NCBI RefSeq assembly: GCF_018350175.1
Contig: NC_058368.1
Span: forward strand, 161,388,001 to 161,452,000
Origin: Felis catus
Taxonomy: Eukaryota
DNA: 64,000 nt
Direction: 5' to 3'
Below the pieces are notes generated by a model, which saw nothing but the letters and a program-made list of their open reading frames with translations, searched no databases and was not told the origin of the DNA. Shown here piece by piece: positions 1 through 12,008 of this stretch. Position 1 is the first letter of the stretch. Each line of letters begins with the position of its first letter. Both the position numbers and the translations under genes were made by a program.

Positions 1-112
1 CATTGTTTTGTTTTTCTAACATCTCTGAAATAGTAGATATTATCATTTTCTGTTGATGAGAGAGCAAAGCTGACTTATTTGCATTTCCCTGTGTACGTGC
101 AACAAAACTTAC

Positions 113-3100
113 AGTGTCCATAGCTTGAAAGAAGAGCTCAGAGAAGACAATAGAACACTCTTGTAAAAAGTACTGCATCATAGTCCAGCAGAAATTATGG
201 GTAAAAACATGTACAGGGCCACTTCAAACAATGATTCAATAGAGTTTGTATCTCATGTAAAGACAAATTAGGAGTATCTTAACCAAGTTATCTTGCTCAT
301 ATTTTCTTTCTTTTGCATGTACAAGTGCTATATGCGACTAAAGTTATTTGGTAAATTGCAAAAAAAGGCTTTTAATACATAAAAGTAAAAATGATATGTC
401 ACAGGAAAGTATTTTACCATAATTTTAATTGGCAGCATATTTCTTTTCTTTCTTAGTGGTTCATAATGTAATGGAACACTTACAATTGATGATATCTTAG
501 ATTGGATGAAATATGTACAGGCCAAGCACTAGAGGAATTATTTCCAAGTTCAGGATAGAGATTTATATGACTTTTCAGTTCCTTTAAAACTTTACTTCCT
601 TAATACTTTCTGATTAAATTATTATATTGTTAAAGTATTTTTTTATAGTAAAAAAAATCTATTTTTTACACTAAGGATAGATGTCAAAATCTATACTGGG
701 GCTCTATTCTGGGTTCCTGGCTTATATGGCAGAGTGTGCATTCAAACCTACTTTGAAAATATTTCTCTATTACCCTCTGGGGTTAACTGACATTGTAGGC
801 CTTAAGTCAAATGGTGATTCCTCTTCTCATTAAAGGACCCATGATTATTGACAGTTCCTTTTTATGTTAAAATGTTTCAGATCTTATTTAAAACGTAGGC
901 TATATTTAAATTTGAATATTATCCAATAAATTGATCCTGGCAGAGAGGGACCCAAAATCTCGAGTGTTAAGGTATTATCTTAAGAAACACGAAGATCTTG
1001 ATAATGCGGAAGAATACATTCTAGGACAACAAAATCTGGATGAAAAATGATGATCACAGTGACAGGCTAAGATTTTCCTAATAATTTCTCTGTTTGTCAG
1101 GATGATGAGATGGAGATAATACAAGAATGTGCATGTACATGGTAATTACAAAATTCCAGGCACTGTTTAAAATATTTTACATATATTTACTTATTTTATC
1201 TAACAACTCAGTACTATTATTGTCTTCAACTTATACATATAGACTAGTACAAGGAGCCAGAATTACTTGGAGAAAGAAGGACAATAAAAATACTTAATAG
1301 CAGAATGTATACCTTTACAGTTTTTATAGAGATTGCCCCTAATCTTAGTGCCTGCCATGTGTTCTGGACAGATGAAGCAAATAAGATCACTAAAATTATG
1401 AACACCAGGATAGAATTTTTTTTCTTTTAAAAGTCCTGGATCCCAGTTATTGAAAGGATATAATCCCACTCTATAAGTGACAATCATAAAATGAAAGAAA
1501 CTTTGTCATAATTTATTTTAAAAAAATCATAAAGGAGAAGCTTACATTCCAGTATAGATAAAAATAGCCAACGTACTTAACTAATGCTGCATAACAAATT
1601 ACTGCAAAATTTAGCAGCTTAAGACAAGAAACTTTATAATGTCACACAGTGTCTGAGGGTTAGGAATCCAGAAGTAGCTTAGCCATGTGTCTCTGGCTCA
1701 GGATGTCTCATGAGATTGCAGTCAAGCTCTTAGATGGTCTGCATCTCTATAAATGGGGCTGGAGAATCTGTTTTCAAGCCCACTCACATGGCTATTAGTA
1801 AGAAGTTTCAGTTCCTCATCATGTGGGCCTCTATAGGGCTTCCCCCAGATCTAGTGATCAGAGAAAGCAAGAGAGAGTGAGAGCGCGAGAAAGCTGGAAG
1901 CTATAATCTCTTATAAATTAAACTCAGAAGTAACATACCATCCCTTCTGCCATATTTGATTCACCAAACAGACCAACTCTAGTACAATTCACAAAGGTGT
2001 GACTACCAAGAGGCATTAGAGGCCATCTTTAAGGCTGACTACCACAAAGCCCCTGACTTGGAACCCAAAGATTTGGGTTAATGAAGGATGAAACCCACTT
2101 TCCCTATTTTCTCCCAAATTTCTGTGATTAGAAAAGATGACCCTTGCCCTTCTATTTTAAAGGTACTGGATACACCTGATTTTGTCTAATCCTTGGGAGA
2201 CAAAAAGTAATAGTGTATTTGAGAAATGAAGTGATGCACTGAATGCTCCCCTAAATCCTGAATTCTGCTTTTGTGCATTCTCTAGTTAAAGCAATGAATT
2301 TACTAGAAAAGCCTATTGTTAATCAGAAGGTGAAGCAGTTTTCTTAATGGGAGCTGCTGAACAGAACAGCAGAGCAATTGCACCTCTGAGATGCTACATT
2401 CTCCATTCTTGTCAAAGTTCCCATTTATCCTCCTGGGATCCATGAAATACTTTAGCTCTTTGAGAATGTATGAATTCTTCTTTGATGTTTTCCTGATAAG
2501 TTTTGTATATGCTTCAAGACAGAACACTGAATTAAGTTAGCTCCAAGGTGAACCTACAAACCAGGCTGAGAATTCACATGCTGTTCTTTATTCAATCTTA
2601 ACTAGGCTAGTAGGAGTGGTGTTGTCTTAGAATGACAATAAGGTGCATTGCTCATTATTGTATAGAGATGGTTTTATACAGTGTAGATCTTGCTTTAAGT
2701 TTGCCCCTTTAAACAGGATTTTTTAATAAGACACAGATTTTTCAAAGTATTACCAGGTACAGCGAATGTATGGTTTTAGAATGGACTCACAATCAGGGAG
2801 AATTAGAACAAGGAACAGATATTTTTGTGTGAAGCTTTACTGCTCAGACTCACCATTTACATGGAATAAATTTAGTTCAAACATCAGCCCAACTCTTCTT
2901 CATTCATTTTTAGAGAGAGGCTCTTTTCTTCCCTTATTGATTTTTCTCTGCTCATTACGGATCATTTCATCTCCTTTTGATTTGTCTCTCATACCGATTT
3001 GGTACTTCTTGTAGGTGCTTCACTTCTCACTAATGGCAATTGCTGGCAATTGACCAAATATGACAAAACTACTGAATCGAATCTTTTTACATCATTACAG

Positions 3101-3646
3101 CTCAATATTGGTAAATGCGATTTTATATGCTCCAAATTAGCTTTCCCAATAGTACTGAAAAATGCAGGGATCACCAAGGACAAAAATCATAATAAAAATG
3201 TCTGACAATACAATCACAATTTAGATGTCTCCTGACACTGTAAGGGATAATAATTTTGCTTATGTAGAATTAAGTAAAGGAAAAGATTCCACAAACATCC
3301 CTTTACTTAATGAATATCATGTTAATTCACTGCGATTTTTATTCTACTTGGTAACAGAACTGCAAAAATTAAATGAATCCTACATGTTAACTATTTAGCC
3401 ATTGAATAAATAAACCAAAGAAAACTCTGATCTTTTTTTTTCTTTTTCAGATGCTCCATGTGACAAGTGCAACTTTCTCAAAGTCAATAAATGCTAATTT
3501 AGTCCATCTTGTCAGTAAGGAGTGGCAGAAAACAGATGATTACATCCACTGTTTTCTAACCTGTTTCTATCGCCCATCAGAGTTACTGACTCTTCACTTT
3601 TTCCCAAAGTTTGCATTTGTAATGTAACATTCTACAGAATATGTGC
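113..3646 (-). pseudogene. Candidate decayed multi-exon gene, distal exon cluster (identity unknown)
   Basis: Seven minus-strand AG..GT-bounded segments: 3561-3646, 2854-3154, 2304-2553, 1313-1470, 774-1035, 484-528, 113-337. 1313-1470 is fully open (VGLYPFNNWDPG...NLYKNCK) and joins in phase 1 to DFVVLECILPHYQDLRVS. Most of the others contain in-frame stops. Confidence 0.55.
1570..2046 (-). mobile_element. MaLR LTR (MLT1F-like)
   Basis: ctgcataacaaattac...ttagcagcttaa...ggaatccagaagtagcttagc...ggctgactaccaca resembles the MLT1 consensus. Confidence 0.7.
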
Positions 3647-4612
3647 CTGCAGCAAAAAATGGAAATATATTCCTTCGTGAAATGTGCATGCTTTAGAAAC
3701 TTGGATAGTCAAATATAGGATGGATTAGGCATAATAAATGGTGAGAAAAGAAGTTAAAAACAAAATCTAAAAATCAGAGAGTATTATATGGCTTTTGTCA
3801 TACTTGCGAGGGTCATAGAAATGATATATACATCTTATAACAGGAAAGACTAATGGAAACTATAGAAAATATAAGATACAGAGCTCTGTGTTGAGATGTT
3901 ATTTCAATTCTTATTTGAATGCAGATCTTTTTCTTTTTTCTACTTTTGCACGTAACTATATAATCATAAGTCAACATCTTCTTATTGACTTCTTCCCATT
4001 TTCTTTATTGGTTTCACTGTACCTTTACTACACTCCCTGAGTCCCTAGCCTATCTCTTAATTGATACCTTCACCTTGGCCTACAAACATGTTTAGTCCTT
4101 TCCACTCCTTCCAGAAAATGAACAAAATGATCAGTGTATTTCAGTTTCTACTTCTTTCTCTTTTCTGACAATAGACTCTCAAGAGCAATCTATACCACCT
4201 TTTTCACTCTTCTGCCTCTCAGTGAGTCTTGAATCCACTGCACTGTATTTTCCCCCCTCTACCACTCCACTGAAACTACTGGAAGTTGACTCCTGGATTG
4301 TCAAATAGACTTTTCATTTTTCTCCTGCCTTTATTTCTTTGTGATATCTGTCTTCCCAGATATTCTTTTCTTTTCTAGCTTAACTGGCAGTATTATTTTG
4401 ATTTTCCTTCTTAACACTTACAATTATTTTTCTGGCTGGCTTAGCATTAGTTTTTCATATGCTCTCTTATCCACAGATGACCATCTTTTTCCTGTTATGG
4501 TTTTATACAGTCTCTCCCATAATATCCATTATACAAAATTATTTCTCCAGTATTTAACTTTCTCCTGGATGCAAGGCTCATTTTGGTTGAACTACTAAAC
4601 TCTGAACCTCTA

Positions 4613-5979
4613 ATTGGCACAAAAACAGACACATAGACCAACGTAATAGAATAGAGAACCCAGAACTGGACCCACAAATGTACGGCCAACTAATCTTTGA
4701 CAAAGCAGGTAAGAGTATCCAGTGGAAAAAAAGACAGTCTCTTTAACAAACAGTGCTCAGAGAACTGGATAGCAACATTCAGAAGAATGAAACTAGACCA
4801 CTTTCTTACACCATACACAAAAATAAACTCAAAATGGATAAAGGATCTGAATGTGATACAGGAAACCATCAAAACCCTAGAGGAGAAATCTATGACCTAA
4901 GCTGCAGTGATTTCTTACTCAACACATCTGCAAAGGCAAGGGAATTAAAAGCAAAAATGAACTATTGCGACCTCATGAAGATAAAAAGCTTCTGCACTGG
5001 AAAGGAAACAATCAACAAAACTAAAAGGCAACCGAGGGAATGGGAAAAGATATTTGCAAATGACATATCAGACAAAGGGCTAGTATCCAAAATCTATAAA
5101 GAACTCACCAAACTCCACACCCGAAAAACAAATAATCCAGTGAAGAAATGGGCAGAAGACATGAATAGACACTTTTCCAAAGAAGACATCCGGATGGCCA
5201 ACAGACACATGAAATGATGCTCAATGTCACTCCTCATCAGGGAAATCCAAATCAAAGCCACACTGACATACTACCTCATGCCAGTCAGAGTGGCTAAAAT
5301 TACAAATCAGGAGACTATAGATGCTGGCGAGGATGTGGAGAAACGGGAACCCTCTTGCATTATCGGTGGGAACGCAAACTGGTGTAGCTGCTCTGGAAAA
5401 CAGAGGTTCCTCAAAAAAGTAAAAATAGAACCACCCCATGACTCAGCAACAGCTAGGAATTTACCCAAGGGATACAGGAGTGCTGATGCATAAGGGCATA
5501 TATACCCCAATGTTTATAGCAGCACTTTCAACAACAGCCAAATTATGGAAAGAGCCTAAATGTCCATCAACTGACGAATGGATAAAGAAGATGTGGCTTA
5601 TATATACAATGGAATACTACCTGGCAATGAGAAAGAATGAAATCATGCCATTTGCAGCAATGTGGATGGAACTGGAGGTTATTATGCTAAATGACATAAC
5701 TCAGAGAAAGGAAGATACCAAATATTTTCATTCATATGTGGATCCTGAGAAACTTAACAGAAGACCATGGGAGAGGGAAAGGGGAAAAAAAAGTTACAGA
5801 GAGGGAGGGAGGCAAACCATAAGAGACTCCTGGATACTGAGAACAAACTGAGGGTTGATGGGGGGTGGGGGAGAGGGGAAAGTGGGTGATGGGCACTGAG
5901 GAAGACACTTGTTGAGATGAGCACTGGGTGTTGTATGGAAACCAATTTGACAATAAATTATATTAAAAAATTAAAAAAA
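4613..5979 (+). mobile_element. 5'-truncated carnivore/felid L1 (ORF2 C-terminus, 3' UTR, polyA)
   Basis: ORF2 fragments ([55 protein letters not shown]), AATAAA and A tail. 16-bp TSD AAACTCTGAA(C/A)CTCTA at 4597-4612 and 5980-5995. Confidence 0.95.
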
Positions 5980-6999
5980 AAACTCTGAAACTCTATATAG
6001 CTCTCCAATAGAAATCTCAGGTATATTATGTAAAAAAATAGTAATAGTGATAATTATTATATTGTTATGATAGAAATAGTAATGGATTTATTATATACTA
6101 TCTGTTTTAATCTTATAATAATCCCTTCAAAGGAATTACTCTATGTATTTTTGATGAATGAAACTAAAAATGGTTAAGTAATGTGAGCAATGTCAAAAAG
6201 TCAGTAAAAGCAAGTGCAAGGATTTTAATTCATTATTTCATTTGAATTTTATTGCTGAATTCTACTGCTTCCCAATTAAAAAAAATTATGTACAATGAAA
6301 CTTGCTTTCCCACATTGTTTAAAGCTCAGTTAATGGCTACAGCATCCAACAATTATTCATACCTGAAGTATAATAGATAATTCTGACCATTCCATCTCCA
6401 ATAATACCCACATGCAATTTATTTATGAATTTCGGTAAGTTGGTACCAAAAATGTCTTTAAATAAATTCTCTGCTTCCATTTTTTTCTTCCCTACCCTTG
6501 TTCACAGACTTTTCATCTCAGTTCTAAGTCACTTTCCACTCATTATCTGAGTTATCCTTAAACGTAAGCCTTTTCATATCATTCCCTTGAACAAAAGTTT
6601 TCAATTATTCTAACTGCATAAAGGATGAAGTTCATAGTCCCAATCCTCTTATTCACATATCCATTATCATTCCTAGTTAGATCCCTTGCCACTCAGTCCC
6701 ATGCCGTTTCGTCTTTACATTCACTCTATCACTACTTAGTGTGTGAATATGCCAGTCATTTCACACTTTCTCTTATTCTTTTAAGTTCTTCCTTCTGTCC
6801 TTATTTTCTTTTCTGACCCCAGTTCATCTCTACTCATTACTGATATATTTGGATTTGAATAAGTTGGTTATATGTGCATCTTCCAAAATAAACTGACAAG
6901 GTTTCAGGGCAAAAGTCAGGTATTCATATTCAAAGATCCCCTCTTTTTCCTCTAGAGACTTCCTTGCCTAGAATTTCTTGGACATAAAAGTTCAGACAT

Positions 7000-7975
7000 A
7001 AATTGCTGTTTCACAGCTACAATGGGATAATAAGAGAAAGTTTCAACATTCATAGATGAAGTTTTGAGATTCTGGGAAGAGTATAAAGGTGAGAATAATC
7101 ATAACAACTTTTTAATAAATTATGACAATGATATATGCAAAAATCTCACCATTACATAGGGACATTTCAGAACAATTGTAACATGAAATTTATTTTTAAA
7201 TAGTTTTTAAATAGAAAAACAGACTACACATAAAGAAGATCAGAAAAGCATCACATTTCTTAAAATCTATAGGTATAAATACATTTTAAAAAATTAAGGA
7301 TACCCCTATGAAAACACAAATTTGAAACAAAAACATTTCAATTGTGTAAAAGAAAAATGGAATGAATAAAAAGTCTTATTTTAGCAAAATTCATAAATGA
7401 CAAAAAAAAAACCCATAAGAACCTAATAGCTTGGAATATAAAACCAATCAAGATAATTAAGTAAGAGCTTATGATAAGTGTAAATTAAGATTAAAAACCT
7501 TTTACATATTATTAAAGAAGAAAATGAAAGTAAAATGCAGGTAGTTTTATACTGGAAAACTAAAACTAAGGAAATAAGTAACACAGAAGCAAAAAAGAAG
7601 ATAAAGGAAAATAAAAATATTTTAAAATGGGAATTTTATATTAAATGACACAGTACTCAAGAAAATGTCTTATATTGTATTCATGGGATGAGTATAAATC
7701 TGTCACAACAAGAAAGCTATAAAGTTATGACCATTTATAAACACACATCCCTTTAATGTAGAAGCAAAATATATAAAGTAAAAATATTAGAAACAAAGAT
7801 TATCACCCTCCCGCCTTCCAAGACAACTTAATGTTAGGAGACAACAACTTATTTACCTCAGACTTCAATAGCTTGAGGAGTCAAAGAAATGATACAAGAG
7901 ATTTGAATATCATCCTCAATATTACTAGACTTTTGTAACAAAACCTGTATATTCTTTTTACATGTACAAAAATAG
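7000..7975 (+). mobile_element. Old, degraded L1M fragment (ORF1/endonuclease region)
   Basis: Very A-rich strand with faint ORF2 endonuclease-like motifs (ttaatgttaggagac..., agagatttgaat). Confidence 0.45.
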
Positions 7976-7979
7976 TACT

Positions 7980-8199
7980 GGGGTGCCTGGGTGGCTTAGT
8001 CGGTTAAGCATCCGACTTGGGTTCAGGTCATAATCTTGAAGTTCATTAGTTTGAGCCCCACATTGGGCTCTGTGCTGACAGCTTAGAGTCTGGAGCCAGC
8101 TTTAGCTTCTGTGTCTGCTTCTGTCTTTGCCCCTCCCTCACACACTCTCTGTCTCTGTCTCTTTCTCTCTTTAAAAAATAAATAAACATTAAAAAAAAA
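7980..8199 (+). mobile_element. CAN-SINE
   Basis: tRNA-derived head gggtgcctgggtggct, (CT)n tract, A tail. Confidence 0.93.
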
Positions 8200-8528
8200 T
8201 AGGGGGAATAGGTCAACATGGTGAAGTCGGGGGACCAGAAGTTCCCTAGTCCCTCAAACACAGCAGTATTGAGGCCAGAAGACTTTTAATTCCAGGAATC
8301 TGGGCTACAGAGTGACAGAAACATCTCCAGGGGCCCATGGGGACAACCTGGTGGGCCACAGGTGCATGATTGCAAATTGAGAGAGATAAAATGGGCAGTG
8401 TAGGCATGGAGGGGAGGTATCCCCTTCTGTGGAGAGACAAAGGCAGAGAAAGAAAGGCTGTGGAAGCCTAGGATTGTATTTGGAAAAGAGAGAAACCTCC
8501 CCAGACCACAGACTGGACTAGGGAACAG

Positions 8529-8578
8529 AAAACAAAACAAAACAAAACAAAACAAAACAAAACAAAACAAAACAAAAA
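8529..8578. repeat. (AAAAC)n microsatellite
   Basis: Direct reading. Confidence 0.95.
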
Positions 8579-8891
8579 AACAAAAAAAAAGGAGAAAGAA
8601 CCAATTTCTAACTTGCAAATAGCCTTAACAATGAGGGTCCAGGGTTGTACGACTTCCTCTGGACTGGGGCTGGCTGTCCTGTGTGCACTGGGGGGAAGGG
8701 GAAGCCAGCTCCGGCTTGGTAGTGAGCTCACAGGAGCAGTCAGAGGGGGCAGTCCCCTCCCTCGAGTGCTGTGGGAAGAGGGCATATAGCCCCTCCAAGG
8801 ACAAAAGACCCTGCAGGCACCCACCACCAGCCAGAGGCCCTTTGTCAGCTGGGCAGAGTGGCACTATACCGAACCCAGGGTGTGTAGTGTG

Positions 8892-8972
8892 TATATATAT
8901 ATATATATGGATATATACGGATATATATATATATATGGATATATACGGATATATATATATATATATATATGG
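8892..8972. repeat. Compound (TA)n / GGATATATAC microsatellite
   Basis: Direct reading. Confidence 0.95.
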
Positions 8973-9653
8973 ATAAGAACCATATGATTGTGCCAATAGA
9001 TGCATAAAAAGCATTTGATAAAATACAGCATTCTTTCTTAAAAAAAAACCCTAAAGAAAGTAAGGATAGAGGAATATACCTTAACATCATAAAAGCCATA
9101 TATGAAAAGCCCATAGCTAATGTCATCCTCAATGGGGAAAAACTGAGAGCTTTCCCTCTGAGATCAGGAACAAGACAGGGATGTCCACTCTCACCACTGT
9201 TGTTTAACATAGTGTTGGAAGTCCTAGCCTCAGCAATTAGACAACAAAATGAAATAAAAGGGATCCAAATTGGCCAAAAAAAGTCAAACTTTCACTTTTT
9301 GCAGATGATATGACACTCTACATGGAAAACCCAAAAGTCTCCACCAAACAGCTGCTATAACAGATACATGAATTCAGCAAAGTTGCAGGATATAAAATCA
9401 ATGTACGGAAAACAGTTGCATTTCTATACACCAATAATGAGCAACAGAAAGAGAAATCAAGATGTCAATCCCATTTAAAACTGCACCAAAAATCATAAAA
9501 TACCTAGGAATAAACCCCAAAGATTGTAAAAGATATGCATGCTGAAAACTATAGAAGACTTATGAAAGAAATTGAAGATGACACAAAGAAATGTAAAAAC
9601 ACTCCATGTTCATGGATTGGAAGAACAAATATTGTTAAAATGTCAATAATACT

Positions 9654-10031
9654 TCTTGGAGGACAAGAAGCCCGAGGCACTGTAAGAATGTCTTGAAGGA
9701 AAGGGATGGAGCAGAAAAGCAGTTCCATTCCCAGGTGGAAAGCCACCAGGACTGTGCATTCTTTCCAGAAAGACATCATATGGGCACCAGGCCTGGGATA
9801 GGAATGTTTTGTCTGGTGCCAGATGTACTCATGACCCAGTATGGAATACACTGCAGGTGCACGACCCATCAGGATGCCACATACTATGTTGTATGTGCTT
9901 GCTTTTATCAGACAATTTGCAAAAATAAATGAGGCTTGAGCCAGGAGACCGGTGCTTTGTCTCCTGGAGAGTCTTAACCCCGTGCTTTCTAATTCTCTCC
10001 TCACCACACCTTTAGGACCTGTCTCTCTACA
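9654..10031 (+). mobile_element. Solo-LTR-like insertion inside L1 ORF2
   Basis: 378-bp non-L1 block splits the L1 motif aaaatgtcaata/ctacccaaagcaatc. AATAAA at 9924-9929, ends in ...CTACA, ACT at both junctions. Confidence 0.7.
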
Positions 10032-11381
10032 ACTACCCAAAGCAATCTACACATTCAATGCAATCCCAATCAAAATTGCACTGGCATTCTTCTCAGAGCT
10101 AGAACAAACAGTCCTAAAATTTGTATGGAACCACAAAACATCCCAAACAGTCTAATGTTGAAAAAGAAAACCAAAGCTGGAGGCATCACAATTCCGGACT
10201 TTAACCTGTACTACAATGTTGTAATCATCAAGACAGTATGGTATTGGCAATAAAAAAACAAACTAACTAACAACACAGACCAATGGAATAGAATAGAGAA
10301 GCCAGAAATGGACCCTCAAATGTATGGCCAACTAATCTTTAACAAAGCAGGAAAAAGTATCCAGTGGAAAAAAAACAAAAAAAAACAAAACAAAAGTTTC
10401 TTTAGCAAATGGTGCTGGGAGAACTGGACAGCAACCTGCAGAAGAATGAAATTAGACCACTTTCTTATACCATACACAAAAATAAACACAAAAGGGATGA
10501 AAGACCTAAATGTGAGATAGGAAACCATCAAAGCCCTAGAGGAGATTACAGGCAACAACCTCTTTGACCTCAGCTGCAGCAATTTCTTACTTGACAAGTC
10601 TCCGAAGGCAAGGGAAATAAAAAAAACAAACAAACAGACAAACAAAAAAAACTACTGGGACCCTATCATGATAAAAAGCTTCTGCACTGCAAAGTAAGCA
10701 ATCAACAAAAACTGCAAAGCAACCAACAAAATGGGAGGAGATATTTGCAAATGACATATCAGATAAAGAGTTAGTATCCAAAATCTATAAAGAATTTACC
10801 AAACTCAATGCCTGAAAAGCAAATAATCCAGTGAAGAAATGGGCAGAAGACATGAATAGACACCTTAGAAGACATCCACATGACTAAGAGACACATGAAA
10901 AGATTTAAAAAGATTAAAACAAAAATTTAAGATGGTGTGCTCTCTTTGGAGAATAGGCAAAGGGGAAGAGTATAACAGAATTGACACAATAAACACTAAA
11001 GTGAAAGGAAGTTCTAGAAATAAAATCTCTTATTCTCTCAGGTAGCCACTAATGTGTCATTTCCCTGGTATCTCCTCCCAGGTTTCAGTGGCATTACTTC
11101 TATAATCAAATTTTGAACATGTTGGGGATGGAGATTTGGGAGAATGAGAGTGCCTTGAGGATGACAGATTCATGGACACAAAGAGGAAATGGGGTTGCTT
11201 GGGGCTCACTGGTTATTCCCAAGCTTTTGAGACCCAAGATGACTAATACCCAAAGTCTGCTCTAGATTTACTCTCCATGTTAGTGTGAAAAAGGATTTTC
11301 AGCTTATCACAGGAATAGGAAATGTACATACACTATGTATATTTCTTAAAGTAATGTATGTTTGTCTCTTAATAATTCAGT

Positions 11382-11596
11382 TTTTTTTTAATTTTTTAAT
11401 GTTTACTTATTTTTGAGAGACAGAGAGACAAAGTGTGAGCAGAGGAGGGGCAGTGAGAGAGAGAGACACAGAATCTGAAGCAGGCTCCAGACTCTGAGCT
11501 GTCAGCACAGAGCTAACGCGGGGTTCGAACTCACGAACCACAAGACCATGACCCGAACCGACAGCCACTTAACCGACTGAGCCACCCTGGTGCCCC
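11382..11596 (-). mobile_element. CAN-SINE
   Basis: Antisense consensus. Confidence 0.92.
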
Positions 11597-12008
11597 AATA
11601 ACACAGTGTTTTTAAATGAACACTTAAAAATTGAAATCAGTTAATAATATACTTTTTCACTATTCCTTATATCTTTTTGTGATAAGCAATTTTCTTCATA
11701 GGCATTCTGATTTCATCTGAGTAGTCTAAAATCTAATTCTGAAATTCTCCTAATGTATCTACTACACACATTTGCCTTTACCTTGATGTTTAACACAATA
11801 CCACTCTCTAGTGACTAGAAATAAATGTCTAATACCTGCTTTAATATGAATTGGCCAAGAATCTGCAGTTTGTGTACACTTACCTCTCTATCACTTCAAA
11901 GTATAAATCTCCAGGTTTCTTTTCCAGAATGAGATTAAATTTCCCAGTCCTCATTACCAATCTTCAATAATACAGTATTCCTCAGAATGGCTTTTCATTA
12001 CTATGTCA

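Larger units (their letters stand above)
8201..10903 (+). mobile_element. Rearranged felid L1: 5' UTR joined to mid-ORF2 (RT onward), no 3' end, with an internal insertion
   Basis: 8201-8880 is GC-rich L1 5' UTR-like sequence. From ~8971 RT-region sequence (aagaaccatatgatt...gcatttgataaaatacagca; [18 protein letters not shown]; ctttttgcagatgatatg). Breaks off near 10903. Confidence 0.85.

Noticed and set aside
944..1141. Plus-strand exon-like peptides (RDPKSRVLRYYLKKHEDLD...; DDEMEIIQECAC)
   Set aside because: Short, stop-terminated and without a plus-strand exon chain; better explained as the antisense of the minus-strand candidate exon or as chance.
4697..5851. Several 67-154 aa ORFs
   Set aside because: Frameshifted L1 ORF2 fragments, not host genes or an active element.
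9549..10040. 163-aa minus-strand ORF
   Set aside because: Chimeric reading across the LTR-like insert and antisense L1; no recognisable domain.
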